In this document: in pieces, positions 12,851-22,936 of the stretch
Layout of the letters: every line of letters starts with the position of its first letter
Numbering within the stretch: position 1 is the stretch's first letter
Assembly (NCBI GenBank): GCA_964019425.1
Contig: OZ025786.1
Span: 124,001-188,000 of the forward strand
Origin: Flectonema sp. DT1601
Taxonomy: Eukaryota
DNA length: 64,000 nucleotides
Direction of reading: 5' to 3'
Notes under the pieces: generated by a model
Database searches by the model: none
Told to the model about the DNA's origin: nothing
The model's input: only the letters and a program-made list of their open reading frames with translations
Made by a program: the position numbers and the translations under genes

Positions 12851-13100
12851 TATTCTAAAAAAAATAAAATACAAATAAAATATGCCAGGGATAAGATCAG
12901 TCAATTACGATTGATAGATCGGCTTCAACAGTTACAGGCTCTAATGCATCCACCAACTCATCCTTAGAAGTCTCTTGATCACCTGACATGTTTTCGGAAT
13001 GCCAACTTCTTTAGCTTGAATGTGCCATATGACTCGAGCTTCTTCTTGATAGACTTGCTCTTCCAGACATCCTTATGCACTAATAATTAATTATTATTAT

Positions 13101-13857
13101 CATTGATGGAAGTGCCCTCCAAATTTGGAGGGCGCCTGGTGAAAATCAGCCACAAAAATTTGTAGGGCCAAAATAGGGCCATTGTAGGGCCAAAATAGGG
13201 CGCTGGAGGGCGCGTAGGGCGCTTTTTTAATTAAATTTAATATAATGCCGAGCTCATTTTGACACCCCTGCCCTCAGCGAGGGTCGAATCGCATCTTATT
13301 TGACTTTTCTCCGGTTCGCCCGATCAAATGCGTCTCTGGGATATCAGTTTACTTGCCACCAGTAAACTTCTTTTTTTTCTCACAAGGTACCGTGAAGACC
13401 GGCCTATTAACAGGTTAGCAAGAACGCACTCTCCCTCCTCGAATCCCTCTATATTCAACTCGGTGCATTCTGCGGGCTATCAGTTCCTTGTAGATCTGGG
13501 ATGCATCGTCCACTGAAATGAGTTTCAGCTTCAGGGATTGCAGCAGGCTCCGGAAGCTCTCAAGGAGTGGCCCATTGTTTTTTGCCATTGTTGACCTCCG
13601 AACCATGACCTGGAGGTCTCGGGTTCGAACCCCGTGACACCCTTTTTTCTCTTTCTCGAAAGACTGCCAAGCATGTCAAAAAAAATTTTTGGCTTCTGCG
13701 TCAAAATACTTGTGCGTCAGTGTAAGTCCCCGTCAATTTAGCTGTCTTATAGTAATAAAAAAGGTAAAAAAAAGCGCCCTCCAAAATAATATTTATATTA
13801 AAAGCGCCCTACAAGCGCCCTACACGCCCTCCAAATTGTAGGGCACTTCCATCTATG
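13101..13857 (+). mobile_element. 757-bp non-autonomous TIR element (CATAG family), 6-bp TSD
   Basis: TIR CATWGATGGAAGTGCCCT(C/A)CAA(A)TTTGGAGGGCG; TSD TATTAT; further copies at 51123-59030 and 61799-63007; internal B-box GGTTCGAACCC near 13622. Confidence 0.92.
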
Positions 13858-13961
13858 TATTATATGTGTAAATAATACTTAATTAAAATACTTAGTATTT
13901 ATTATCTGCTGTACTCAGTGTTGGTATAGTCAGCACTCAGTTCATCAACTAGATACCTAAA

Positions 13962-14955
13962 CAATTTGAGGCGATCGGCAGGGTGGAGGTGTTCACGATT
14001 TTTCACTTTGCTACACGAAAATTCACGATTTTTCACTTAATTTTTTGCTGCTTTCTGGTAGTGAAATTCCGTGAAAATGTGTGAATTCTAGTGAAAAAAG
14101 TGAGTGATATCCAGTGAATAATATGCGTTGCAATAGTACTGCTTTTGGATCTCTATGTGTCTTCGTTGCAATCTCTGCTGCCTTAACGATGGTGTGTCGA
14201 CATCAATGTTCTCATGTGGAACTCGCACAAGTAGGATGGTACCGTTGGTGCTGGTGTGCTGTGCGATGTCAAACCTGTTCAGTTTGCCATACATGTCACT
14301 TTGACAACTAAATGGGCATCGCTTGTGCCCAGTGACCCATCACCCTTCCTTACCATCGCTCGTGGTGAGGTTCTGGACTTTGGACCGGCGCATCGCGTGT
14401 GCAGTGGGTTTAATCACTGAGGGGCTCATTCTCATTCAGACTGTTCTGTTCTGTGGTGTCTTTCCATTACTCCTCCCATCTCTGCCAGGAGACAGCCTGA
14501 CAATGAGGCGATCGGCAGGGTGGAGGTGTTCACGATTTTTCACTTTGCTACACGAAAATTCACGATTTTTCACGATTTTTCACGATTTTTCACTTAATTT
14601 TTTGCTGCTTTTTGGTAGTGAAATCCTGTGAAAATGTGTGAAAATGTGTGAAAATGTGTGAAAATGTGTGAAAATGTGTGAAAATGTGTGAAAATGTGTG
14701 AAAATGTGTGAAAATGTGTGAATTCTAGTGAAAAAAGTGAGTGATATCCAGATGGTACCGTTGGTGCTGGTGTGCTGTGCGATGTCAAACCTGTTCAGTT
14801 TGCCATACGTCATGTCACTTTGACAACTAAATGGGCATCGCTTGTGCCCAGTGACCCATCACCCTTCCTGACCATCGCTTGTGGTGAGGTTCCGGACTTT
14901 GGACCGGCGCATCGCGTGTGCGGTGGGTTTAATCACTGAGGGGCTCATTCTCGTT
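13962..14955. repeat. Segmental tandem duplication with 10-bp microrepeats
   Basis: 13962-14437 is largely repeated at 14502-14955; (GTGAAAATGT)n at about 14628-14722 and CACGATTTTT repeats; likely subterminal region of the adjacent transposase relic. Confidence 0.85.
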
Positions 14956-16786
14956 CATTGCCTCCTCTTTTCGCTGAGCAGTTTTTTCTTGTGCAACTTT
15001 CCTGGCAGCAGCATTTTCTGCTGCTTTCGCTGCTTTCGCTTGGGTCAGTGTGGCGGACTGCTGGGGCACCGGGAGGGAGAGAGGGTCACGCAACTTTAGC
15101 TTTGTGGGGAGCTCCAGCGCAAAGCATTCAACAACAGAGAAAATGAATGCCCCGCGCTGGGACTTGGTTGGGGGGTTAGGTAGGGATGGTGCGTCCACCG
15201 GGATGATGCTGGCATCAGGCTTGGTGAGCATGGGGTCATCGGGGACATCGCTCTTCAGCTTAGAGACCTGAATGTGGTTCACATGGGAGAGGGCGTGGTT
15301 GACCTGCCTATTGACTTCCAGCAGGCGGGCGTGGTGAGGGGAGACTGTGTCACCGCAATAGCAGCAACGAAAAATGCCCTTTCCCCCCAAGGGTTCCAGC
15401 ATGTAGAACCATCTACCTGGAAGCTCGGTATCGAGCAATGCAAAAATCTTTTCCCAATAATCGAGGTGACAGTGGCCTGATCTTCTGGCCTGGCTGTCCT
15501 GAACTTTCTGCCGGTTAATCTTTTTGAAATGTTCTGTTGTGTTACCCTCAACAAGAAAACACAATGAAGCAGTTGAACGTGTGTCCTCTAACCAGGACAA
15601 CGCCCCTGCCAAGGCACCTGTAAAATCAACCCCCCCCTCTCAGAGACACATCTGTGTCTCATTGTCCGGTTTGCGTGTCACCTCTACTTCAGTGATACTG
15701 ACGTCATTCCTCTTCTTCATGCTGGTTTATGTTTAGTAGTGATAATAAAATAGCTGCTTGTTCAGATTCATCATTACTATGTAAAAAAGAGAAACACATA
15801 CTACCGAGATACAATGACCGACACCTTGTCAAGCAACTCGGCTGCGTCTGTCGTGAACTCCAGTGCCGTCCGTAGCATGCAAATGCTAAGGTTCAGAAGC
15901 GCCCATTCGTAACCTTCTCTTTAAATGGGCACGCCCTAAAAGAGATGCGGTGCTTCTTGCGAAGCCAGTAAGCAAACGACCGATTCCCACGTATGAAGAA
16001 GCACAGCGTTACTATTGAACGGAGGAAGTCACTGAGGCCAAAGTACTTCGCAATCCAGGAGGCAATGCAATGAACTCGGTGTGTAGGCTCCGGGATGAGG
16101 CAGATATTGCCATCTTGGTCAAATAATTTAAACCCCCTGTATTCTGATCCACCCCGATCACTGAGCGCAGAGGTAATCGTGCAGGTTGACAGAGGTGGTG
16201 GTGCCGGATCAGTGATTAAGATTCCGAGCTGCTGGAAGTGGTGCAGCGCACGTCGTAGTGTGTCACAGAATGATTGAGCTTGGTGGCTCTGTGTCAGTCT
16301 GCATGCAAGACTATAGCATGCAGTCGTAGCTGTAGCAGCAGTGATGTGTAGCGCTGACGAGTTTTCTGTCACAGATGTTGCGTCACTTACCAGGCAGAAG
16401 GTACTCTCCCGGTTGCGAATGAGAAACACACAATCCTGCACATACAACCACCGGATCATCTCTCTTCGTGCAGCCCAATAACTGACGGAGTCAAGACCAT
16501 GAAGCTGGCGGGTAAACTGCGGAATGCGGCGCATGGCGATGTGCTGCAAGAGGATCGGGACAACTGTACTTGGTGGCTGTGGGCGGAGATGCAGGGTCCC
16601 AGCAACAGTGTATTGCGATACACCGTCAACCTCACCAATCTTCTCATCGCACCAGATCAGCATGCCATTCGTGCCAGCAACACGAGCCCTAACCTCCAAG
16701 TCATCTTCAACTTCTAGTCCCATACCACCCAATACATCTAACAGCTTTGATCTGCTAGTCACATACAGCAAGATCTCTGCTGGCAA
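14929..16786 (-). pseudogene. Fragmented DDE transposase-like relic (hAT/P/Kolobok-type fold) plus a downstream CxxC...H...H zinc-finger ORF
   Basis: ORF 15893-16786 has FCLVSDATS, ALSDRGG and EPTHRVH (resembling the CxxH motif); ORF 14929-15612 has CCYC...HALSHVNH. Confidence 0.5.
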
Positions 16787-17245
16787 GGAATCACGAAGTT
16801 ACACTGTTACTCTTACGAGAGCCATGTGAATGAATTACCACAATAAACTGTAGAGAACGATAGGATTAACAAGCACCACCACTTCAACGATCACCACACA
16901 TGCCTATCAACCCACCTGTGCTAGAATAGTTCAGCAACCACATGAAACTGTAACAAGAGCTGGATTAAAGAGAACTTTAGTATTAACAACGGTGCATCAT
17001 TGCAAGAACTTTGAAGAATGTGATTGAGCTACTCAACAATCAGAAGCAATCGCGATGTTTTCGCAACATCGACATCGTCTCTCAGACTCGAGTCATATAT
17101 TTGGACCTGTACTTTGCTAAGTGTATTAGTGAGCTTCAGAACAGTGAACGATACATGACATGAAGACTGGCAATGATACTTACCTAGATCGACCTCGATA
17201 ATTCTCTCCACGAGCCGATGACAACTACGAAGCAATGCAGTTCGG

Positions 17246-17277
17246 GTTTTTCCCCACAAGAATATTTCCCTTTACAG
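17246..17277 (-). mobile_element. Solo TIR of the CTGTAAAGGG MITE family
   Basis: Reverse complement CTGTAAAGGGAAATATTCTTGTGGGGAAAAA matches the left end of 62416-62851; flanked by TA. Confidence 0.8.
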
Positions 17278-17289
17278 TATAACGTTATT

Positions 17290-17536
17290 TATTTATTTAT
17301 TTATTTTTCATGTTTGATTATTTCCTCTTCATATTATATTTTCTTTTTCTGCTTCTTTCTTAATTCTGTTCGTTTCTTTGAAACGAAAACTCATTTGATT
17401 ATTATTCCTTGGTCAGCATCTGTCATTGTCGCCCTTTGGGCCTGTAAAAAAAAAAACCAAAAAGAAAGTTTACATCGGGAATAGGGCAGGAGCCAAAAGC
17501 TCCCAGTCCGTTACCTCCCACCTCTTCAAAATCAAT
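17290..17536 (-). mobile_element. Diverged, truncated copy of the satellite-head element
   Basis: Matches 26090-26350 (GGGAATAGGGCAGGAGCCAAAAGCTCCCAGTCCG) with substitutions. Confidence 0.85.
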
Positions 17537-17741
17537 TTAAAAAGCCGCCAACTCCACACAAACTTTTTTTAAAAAACTACCAGTTCTACACAAAGTTTTA
17601 AAAACCACCAGCTCCACACACAAAGTTTCAAAAAACCACCAGCTCCACACACAAAGTTTTAAAAAGCCGCCAGCTCCACAAAAAGTTTTAAAAAACTACC
17701 AGCTCCACACAAAAAGTTTTAAAAAGCCGCCAGCTCCACAA
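17537..17741. repeat. Degenerate ~30-bp tandem repeat, about 7 copies
   Basis: Unit about AAAAAGCCGCCAGCTCCACACAAAGTTTT. Confidence 0.85.
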
Positions 17742-17854
17742 ATTAGTTAGTTAGAATATGAGTTTGTTATAAAAAAGTGCACTAAAATAAAATATAAAAA
17801 AGAAAAGTTATAAAAACACATTGTTCTGCTGTTCCATAATATACTGTGGAATAC

Positions 17855-17920
17855 GTAGTTTCAGGCCTTAATCTTATACTACTTGTCCCTCTTAGGCCTT
17901 CATCAGTAAGTTCTAGGGAC
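17855..17920 (-). ncRNA. Hammerhead ribozyme motif with non-canonical strand order
   Basis: Minus strand: GUCCCU-AGAA-CUUA-CUGAUGA-AGGCCU-AAG-AGGGAC-AA-GUAGU-A-UAAG-AUUA-AGGCCU-GAAACUAC; the full core and helices I, II and III can all be formed. Confidence 0.72.
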
Positions 17921-18033
17921 TTCATTCCAGTTAAATAATAAATCGGATCCATCAATTGGTCTATTTCAAAAGAACTGATTTCTTAATGTCCATCGGAGCT
18001 CGCCAGGACGGGCTAGCATATATTTGCTTTTGA

Positions 18034-20574
18034 TCAGCGTTCTATCTCTTCTACATCTGTTCGTTTTATTACGAGTGCGAGTTCTCCTTCATCGGAGCTG
18101 TAGTCGTCTTTCTTGCGCTTTTCCTTAGTGTTGGTGAGGAGTAGAATTCCTTCATTCGAGGGTGCCATGGTACAGTCGTTATCATTATTATTACCCTGCA
18201 GAGTTTTTCTTAAAATCATGTGAAAACAATATTCTGGGCGTTTAAAATGTCTGTCAAAATGGTCGAATGATAATCGTCGGTCTGTCGCTCCTTTGAGAAT
18301 GTCTCTAACAATAATGGAATCAAAGGAGACAAGGGCCACTATGTAGTGTGACATTCTAGCACCAGCTTTGTTTAAAATGAATGCGGCGGCTATTGTTGGG
18401 TAGTCCATAGAACTGGGATCTACAAATTGGTGGATTTCCCTGTTGAGTTTATGTTTACTTGCTACCCCCAGAACGGTTAAAGAGAACCAACCATCCGGGG
18501 ATGGTTTTTGCTCGTTGCTGCCAGGTTCTACTTTTTGATGTTCTTCGTAGAATGTTTGTTGTAGTTCTTGCAAATAGCTGAAATTAATTCGGTCAAGATA
18601 AAGATGGTCTGCAACAAAATTCAGAGATGCCCATCCACACTCACCTCCAATTAGACCTTCCCCTGAAGATTGATGTGATTGTATTGGGAATCGTTTGTCT
18701 AAGGTGTGAAGTGTGGAACTTTTATGATTAATGGTGTCTTTTTCGTCGCTTACAGGGATACCATGATTAAACTTTTCGGAAGTAATATTTAGTCGTCTTC
18801 GAATTGCAGCTGCAACATTGCCATCGTCAATATATAAGTTGATAAAGCTGTGACAAGCTACTGCGAGGTTCTTAAACTTGTATCCTCGGTTGAGTAGTCT
18901 GTATGTTACGAACTCGAGCTCTTGTAGAAGATCCGCCTGATTATTACAGATTCTGAGTGCTCGTAGGAGCATGGTGGTGAAGATACCAGTACCCATCGAT
19001 TCTTGAGCAGCTGAGTGCTGGTGGGTGAATCTTGTTGGTATGATATGCCAACCACGCGCTTTGTCGTTCACGCTAAGACGTATCCACCTGTTGTTTGATC
19101 TGGTGGTTTCGATTCGGATTCTAATTCCAATGTATGAAACATCATCAACACCATTAGAGGTCTCGGTGTAGTTCATGGAGTATAATTCTGCTGGTGGTGG
19201 GATGCAGTTCCATGTAAGGAAATCGTCTATGTACCGGCAAGAGTAGTCGTGTTTGCGTGCTAAATCTAACTCTCCTTATGCTACAAGGTCATCCATAAAT
19301 TTAGATTCGATTCTGTAACAGTAGAGATTAGCTATATCGCTACTTGCGTTGCCGCCCATGGGAATGCCAACTACTTGTCTCCATAGGTTTCCTCTCATTG
19401 AAATTAGAGAATTATCCACACAAAAGCTTAGAAGCGCTCTACATTCCAACTGTGATAAAGCACGGTAGGTCGCAGGGTCATTAGATTCAAGTCGCATAAT
19501 ATTCTTGAATTCGAATACTTCTTTAATTGCTTCATTCACTTTATCTTTGATCTCCTGGTGGGGTAGTCGTGTATACATCGTAGTGAAGTCGTGCGTCTTG
19601 GGAGATAGGCCTTTTAGTCGAGTTGTGTTTAATTTAATATCAGCAGCTATGTCTTTATCAGATTCGACTATCCAATAACGTTTGTATTTTGAATTCATAT
19701 CTTTTTCTTTTAGTAGAGCCATCACATTTTTAAGAATACTTGATAGATGCAGATGGGCGTGTGTTGTGGCTGTTGCGGGTGCCGTTTTGTGCTCCTTGTC
19801 TAATTGACGCTGCTTCTCCGTTCCTGTGAGTGAAGAGGCTCCCGAAATCCATCTCATCCCAATAGCTGACTTGTGCAGTTTAATCATGCCGTAGAGATGT
19901 GGTAGTCTATCTGCATGCTTGTTTCCTAAGATTTTATTATTCTCAGCTAAGAAGGCTAGAGTGATTTCCTCTGTTGCTTTCAATTGTTGATAGGCTGGAC
20001 CTCCTAATTGTTTGCTGAGGAGACTCAGGTAGAAGGATTTACAGATGAAACCAATATCATGTTGTCCTTTGTCTACTTTTAAGAGAACCATCGAATTTTG
20101 TAGTGAAGAAAGTTCTTTGAGAGCTTTGCTTGACAGCGGGGAGTCAAGGAATGAAAGGTCTCGGCTCAGTTTGGTGTGGAGATGCTTAAGAATTACGTTT
20201 TTGAAGCGAAGTTTAATATCGTCAGTGGTGTTTCTGTAAGCTTTATCTACGTAAACTGCTATGTCGCTTTCGAGCGAGTCCATTGCTGCAGCGGGGTGCT
20301 TTGGAACTCTGAATTTCTGTCCTCGTGCAAAGAAATCTCGTAATTCGGCAGATACGGGAAGATTTACTGCTAGACCGCAGGCGTGGCCATCGAATTTAAT
20401 ACTTCCTGGAACGAGAGTACAACAGGGACATGGTGAACAGAGGGGTTCATCGCATCCATTCCCAACAGAAGTGGCGTTTAATACAATATCTCCTACAGTT
20501 GTACCCAGTTTGTGACAGATTCTAGTTCTGCTTAAGGTTTTTAAATTTGGACAGACAGCCTTAACTTCGTCACT
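18034..20574 (-). pseudogene. PLE ORF: RT + thumb + C-terminal Josephin-like cysteine protease; one in-frame TAA at 19278-19276
   Basis: Frame is open from about 20574 through ORF 19276-20283, continues past the TAA (DDLVA*GELDLARKHDYSCRYIDD) into ORF 18034-19176. Confidence 0.82.
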
Positions 20575-21267
20575 GTGTTAGTTAGTTAGTTAGTTAGCAA
20601 GTCCATCAGACCACCGAGTAAGTAGTAGGGAAGGGACATGTCTGGCCCACTTTACATATTCATATGATATGCAGTCACAAAGGCATCAGCTTCCATATCT
20701 GAAGACCAAACCCTACCAATGCAAATCTGCAGACCTAGAGGCTTTCTGTGGTCATAGTAAGGGACATGTCTGGCCCAGTTTCATATTCACCTAACTTTGC
20801 AGTCCTACAGCCAACAGCTTGCAGATATACATACCAGAACCCTACCAATGCGAATATGCAGACCCAGAGGCATTCTGCCATTCACTAAGATCTGTATCAC
20901 AGAGCTACCAGCTCACATATCTGCAGTGCAAACCCTGCAATGCAAGATCTGCAGTCCCAGAGGCCTTACATGGTCATACCTGCAAGTTGTAGACATTCAA
21001 GGTATGTCTTTACCTTAAGTTGCAACTTCGACCCTACACTATGAAAGCCAATTACCTTCAAGCACTACTAACTTGTAACCTTCGCCACCTACCAAAAAAC
21101 CATCACTTCAAGAACCATAGGTGTGATAGAGGCATACAAGCTTGAACACCAAACCTCGATTCTGATGAGACCCATTTAAACATAAGTCGCCTACCTAATA
21201 AAAAGTACTAGTATACTATGTCTATGCAAGTATTCCTTTACCAACTGTAAACCTACTAGTCACTACT

Positions 21268-22710
21268 TTAATTTTCTTCTGTTCCTTCTTCCTCACAACC
21301 ATCAAGATTTTGCTGGCTGTTTACACTGACACTGTCACTTACTTGCATGTTTTGCATATTGCGGTTATGCCGTTCAACCAGATATTTCACAAAATCTGAT
21401 GGTTTTGTATGAGTTATTGTAACTGCAATGACACATGAATCAATAGCTGACAGTGTTGGAGAGCGTAAGCACGAAAAGTACTGGATTGCAAGCTCTGGTG
21501 TCTTGAAACAAAGATGCAAGGTTACAGGGCAACGTTGGTCATCGTTTTTTTTGAATTTCGTTTGTTCACTGGTAACAGACAACAGGTTAAGTTCATCATA
21601 CATCGAGTGTAGGTCTCCATTCATGAAAAGGCGGTTTGCAGGATCGTTGTCAGCATAGGCCTTATTTCCTTTGCACGCTCTCTTCTCTAATATGTGACAT
21701 GATTTGAGGGCGTAAAACTGATCGTTACTGTGGTCCATCAGCGATTCGTATTCGACCTGTTCCTTGGTTACCCTGGTGTGTGAGGGGATACTCTCTGTCT
21801 GCTGTGCCTCTGTTACTGCAAAGGTCCGCTTCGGTGTGTCCTGATCGTCGTAATCTCTCTCCTTCACCCTTTGATTGAAGTCGAAATTGAAATCTTCAGG
21901 AGCTTCTTGAAGTTCAAAACGAACAGGTTTCATCTCATTCAGGTCAAACCGTTTGTGGTGCTTTTCCCACTTGTTGCACATGTCCACTGCCCTCTCCTTG
22001 GTTTCGAAGTAGAGTTCGACGTTAAGGTTGCTGTTGCTTGTTAATTGACCTTCAGGTGCTAAATCGCTTATTCCAGTCTTTTCATATTCACACTTCATTG
22101 AATATCCCTGCAAGTTCGCGGCAGATTTGTAGAGATTCCCCTTGTACTTCCCATAGCTGAAACCATCTGGCACAGTACCCTTTAACATAAATCCCCTTGA
22201 AGATGTGTTCACCCTCCTCGCTTGTTCATTCTCTGCACTCTTACGGTAACTTGCCTCTCGGTCTTCGAGTTTCTGGATGCTAGCATCCAGTTTCGTTACT
22301 TGCTCTTTCCAATGCTTGTATGCGTTCGATTTGAAATCATCTTTAGCTACACACTCATTCAACTTGTCATTAGCTTTCTTCAGATCTTCCTTTTCCGCCA
22401 AAATCTGATTGGCTGCACTAGCAACCAGATTCCATTGCACTCTCTTCACTTGATTGGACTCACCTTCCAAACTGTCTTCGTTGTTTCGTGGTGTTTTCAT
22501 GGATGACACAGGTGAAAATGGGACATCTGAAGTCGTCACCTTGGGGGTTTTTTTAGGAGTCATCTCTACACTCTTCTTGGTAGAACTGCTACTAGAACTG
22601 CTGCCGGAGTCGTTTACACATTTTCCTGTAGATTTCTTCCCAGCACTCTTTGCTCCAGCTTTCTTCCCAGCTTTCTTTGATGCCTTTTTTACAGCCTTCT
22701 TCTTCGTCAT
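21268..22710 (-). CDS. Lys-rich/coiled-coil protein with a C-terminal HNH-like endonuclease domain
   Basis: 480-aa ATG ORF; SCHILE...DNDPANRLFMNGDLHSMYD fits the HNH_2-type AHI...D.P.NxLxLxxxLHxxFD pattern. Confidence 0.65.
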   Translation of the reverse strand: MTKKKAVKKASKKAGKKAGAKSAGKKSTGKCVNDSGSSSSSSSTKKSVEMTPKKTPKVTTSDVPFSPVSSMKTPRNNEDSLEGESNQVKRVQWNLVASAANQILAEKEDLKKANDKLNECVAKDDFKSNAYKHWKEQVTKLDASIQKLEDREASYRKSAENEQARRVNTSSRGFMLKGTVPDGFSYGKYKGNLYKSAANLQGYSMKCEYEKTGISDLAPEGQLTSNSNLNVELYFETKERAVDMCNKWEKHHKRFDLNEMKPVRFELQEAPEDFNFDFNQRVKERDYDDQDTPKRTFAVTEAQQTESIPSHTRVTKEQVEYESLMDHSNDQFYALKSCHILEKRACKGNKAYADNDPANRLFMNGDLHSMYDELNLLSVTSEQTKFKKNDDQRCPVTLHLCFKTPELAIQYFSCLRSPTLSAIDSCVIAVTITHTKPSDFVKYLVERHNRNMQNMQVSDSVSVNSQQNLDGCEEEGTEEN

Positions 22711-22936
22711 TTTAAAATAGACGAAAGTTTAGGGGTGGGTTTATCTGTGAAAAGAAGCTGAGGAAAGACACAGCAAATTTATTTACCTAAGAAACAGAAA
22801 AAAGGCATTCCATCCTGTCTTACTTGAGAACTGAAGCTGGTGTTTGGCTTACATCACTTGACTTGTGTTTAAATATGTGTTAGGTTCCTGTGGAGAAATA
22901 ATTGATTTAAATAATAGTATGGATATGCAGGTAAAG

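Larger units (their letters stand above)
17754..20576 (-). mobile_element. 5'-truncated Penelope-like retroelement (Naiad/Chlamys-like RT)
   Basis: RT motifs KVDKG, PHLYGMIKLHK, WIVES, THDFTTMYTRLPH, QVVGIPMG, IANLY and RYIDD; upstream CPC...GHAC...RGQKFR segment; (TTAG)n on both flanks; hammerhead motif in the 3' UTR. Confidence 0.88.

Noticed and set aside
19276..19278. Selenocysteine or alternative-code recoding in the PLE RT
   Set aside because: The stop is TAA, not TGA; host genes use TAA as a stop; simplest reading is a nonsense mutation
21163..21195. Second hammerhead (CTGATGAGAC...GTC)
   Set aside because: No GAAA after the putative helix II and no helix I or III partners
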